The notes below the pieces were generated by a model. The model was not told the DNA's origin and did no database searches. It saw nothing but the letters and a program-made list of their open reading frames with translations. From a virus, in UHGV virus genome UHGV-0172104: DNA of 47,686 nt; one strand, given 5' to 3'. A program made the position numbers and the translations under genes. Shown here in pieces: positions 46,398-47,686 of this stretch (positions are counted from its first letter, which is position 1; each line of letters begins with the position of its first letter).

Positions 46398-47268
46398 CTA
46401 ATCCTTTTAATTTTCTATAGAATGGGCAATATTGAGCAACATTGCAGTACTCTTCGCACTTCTTATTTTCTCCTTCACGTTTTTCAATGTAATGTTTATC
46501 GTCATTTACTCCTTTCCAATCCATGTAATTTATTGCTTCTTCCTCACTATCAACTACTCTCATTGCTCTTTTACTGCCATTTTTCATCACTGCATATTTA
46601 TTTCCTGTAAACCATCTTTGCTCCTCATTGCATGGTTCTAATTTTTCCGTATCTGTATTTTCTGCAACTGAAATATCAATAAACCTTTCAATTATCCATT
46701 TTTCAATGTAATCAAAATCCTTTTCAGTAAATTCAAATTGCACCTTATAAACAGGAAGTTGAGGATAACTGCTATCTAATTTTGCTTTCGTTTTTGAATG
46801 ATCCTTTAAGAAAGCGACTATTTCACCTTTATCACATTCAAAACCAATTTTTCTAAGCATCCATGCGTACATCAATAACTGTTTTCTATAATCTTCCCAA
46901 TCATTATAAATTACCTTCCAGCATGATGCCGTTTTATAATCAGTTACCGTTTTTGTTGCTTCATCATATAAGTCAAAAATACCGCTTAACTTATATCCGT
47001 TGACATCAACGATAAGATAATTCTCTTTTAATTGCGAATCCTCTTCTTGAGAGTTTTCTAAGATGCTATGAACTGCACTACCAAAAATCGCCCAAATCAT
47101 ATCAGATACATCTTGTTCAATGCAATTCGCATATCTCCTTTCAAGTACGTTTTGACACGCACCTTTTAACAAAGCCGTAACGCTGTATTGCTTCGGCTTA
47201 TATTCGTATTCCCTTGTTACTGCATCAACAAGTGGTTTAGGCAATCCCATTTTGTTTGTAATTTTCAT
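46372..47268 (-). CDS. PD-(D/E)XK Cas4-like exonuclease
   Basis: 'GSAVH', 'GIFD', 'DYKT', 'QLLMY', terminal 'C..YC.....CP'. Confidence 0.85.
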   Translation of the reverse strand: MKITNKMGLPKPLVDAVTREYEYKPKQYSVTALLKGACQNVLERRYANCIEQDVSDMIWAIFGSAVHSILENSQEEDSQLKENYLIVDVNGYKLSGIFDLYDEATKTVTDYKTASCWKVIYNDWEDYRKQLLMYAWMLRKIGFECDKGEIVAFLKDHSKTKAKLDSSYPQLPVYKVQFEFTEKDFDYIEKWIIERFIDISVAENTDTEKLEPCNEEQRWFTGNKYAVMKNGSKRAMRVVDSEEEAINYMDWKGVNDDKHYIEKREGENKKCEEYCNVAQYCPFYRKLKGLDEGEKEND

Positions 47269-47517
47269 TTCTTCTTTTTCCTCCTTTTATAATGAGTGTT
47301 TTAAGTGTTATCGCTTCACTTGATTTTTATTTGTTTTTAATTTCGCAATCATAAGTTCTTTTTATGATTTCATTTAAAATTCGTTTTTTATTTTCTTTTT
47401 TTGATTGATACACATTTCTCTATATCTTTGAGCATCTGCATCATTTAGAATACCGCTTTTTTTGTATTCTTTATTTCGCTTCTTTAGATTTCTATTTTCA
47501 TATTTTAGTTTTTTTAC

Positions 47518-47686
47518 GCTCAATTTAAGAAAATTGTTGCTTTAGGTTATCTTATTCAGCAAAAATACCGTAACGATATTCGTAATATGCTTCCTTAAGT
47601 GAAATAGGCATAGGCGTAGCTCTTACCATTTCATTACTGAAAGCCTCAGTATCCATCATCATTCTTAGAATCTCAGATGCCATTTC
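47518..47686 (-). mobile_element. 3' end of IS1595-like transposase and candidate terminal repeat
   Basis: EMASEILRMMMDTEAFSNEMVRATPMPISLKEAYYEYRYGIFAE* (stop 47554-47552) continues the frame leaving position 1; candidate IS end GCTCAATTTAAGAAAATTGTTG at 47518. Confidence 0.5.

Noticed and set aside
1050..46641. The many plus-strand ORFs in the track other than 685-990
   Set aside because: They are antisense shadows of well-supported minus-strand genes and show no recognisable motifs.

Overview
This AT-rich window is a nearly complete siphovirus-type phage or prophage genome of a low-GC Bacillota host (host is inferred). Almost all genes are on the minus strand, and the two ends appear to join in frame inside an IS1595-like transposase remnant. 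Modules from left to right: holins; tail (RBP, Gp37-like hub, Dit, tape measure, frameshifted chaperone, major tail); HK97-type head and packaging genes; a displaced late block (HNH, endolysin, fibre-like proteins, SGNH esterase); tRNA-Ile(UAU) and non-coding structured elements; small early genes including a five-member paralog family; a DNA methyltransferase; an IS30 with a 13-bp target duplication; a PAPS-reductase-like gene; a 7-deazaguanine cluster (folE, queE, queD, DpdA/TGT-like, ParB-like, interrupted radical SAM) with no queC; and replication/recombination genes. No integrase or CI-like repressor is recognisable. The strongest leads are two G7 tracts at the 5' end of the transglycosylase (candidate phase-variable DNA modification), a dispersed promoter/operator regulon of small genes, tandem covarying pseudoknot elements, a Com-like zinc ribbon overlapping a terminator before the head genes, and matching terminal peptides on consecutive fibre genes. 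All family calls come from reading motifs by eye; no searches were run.
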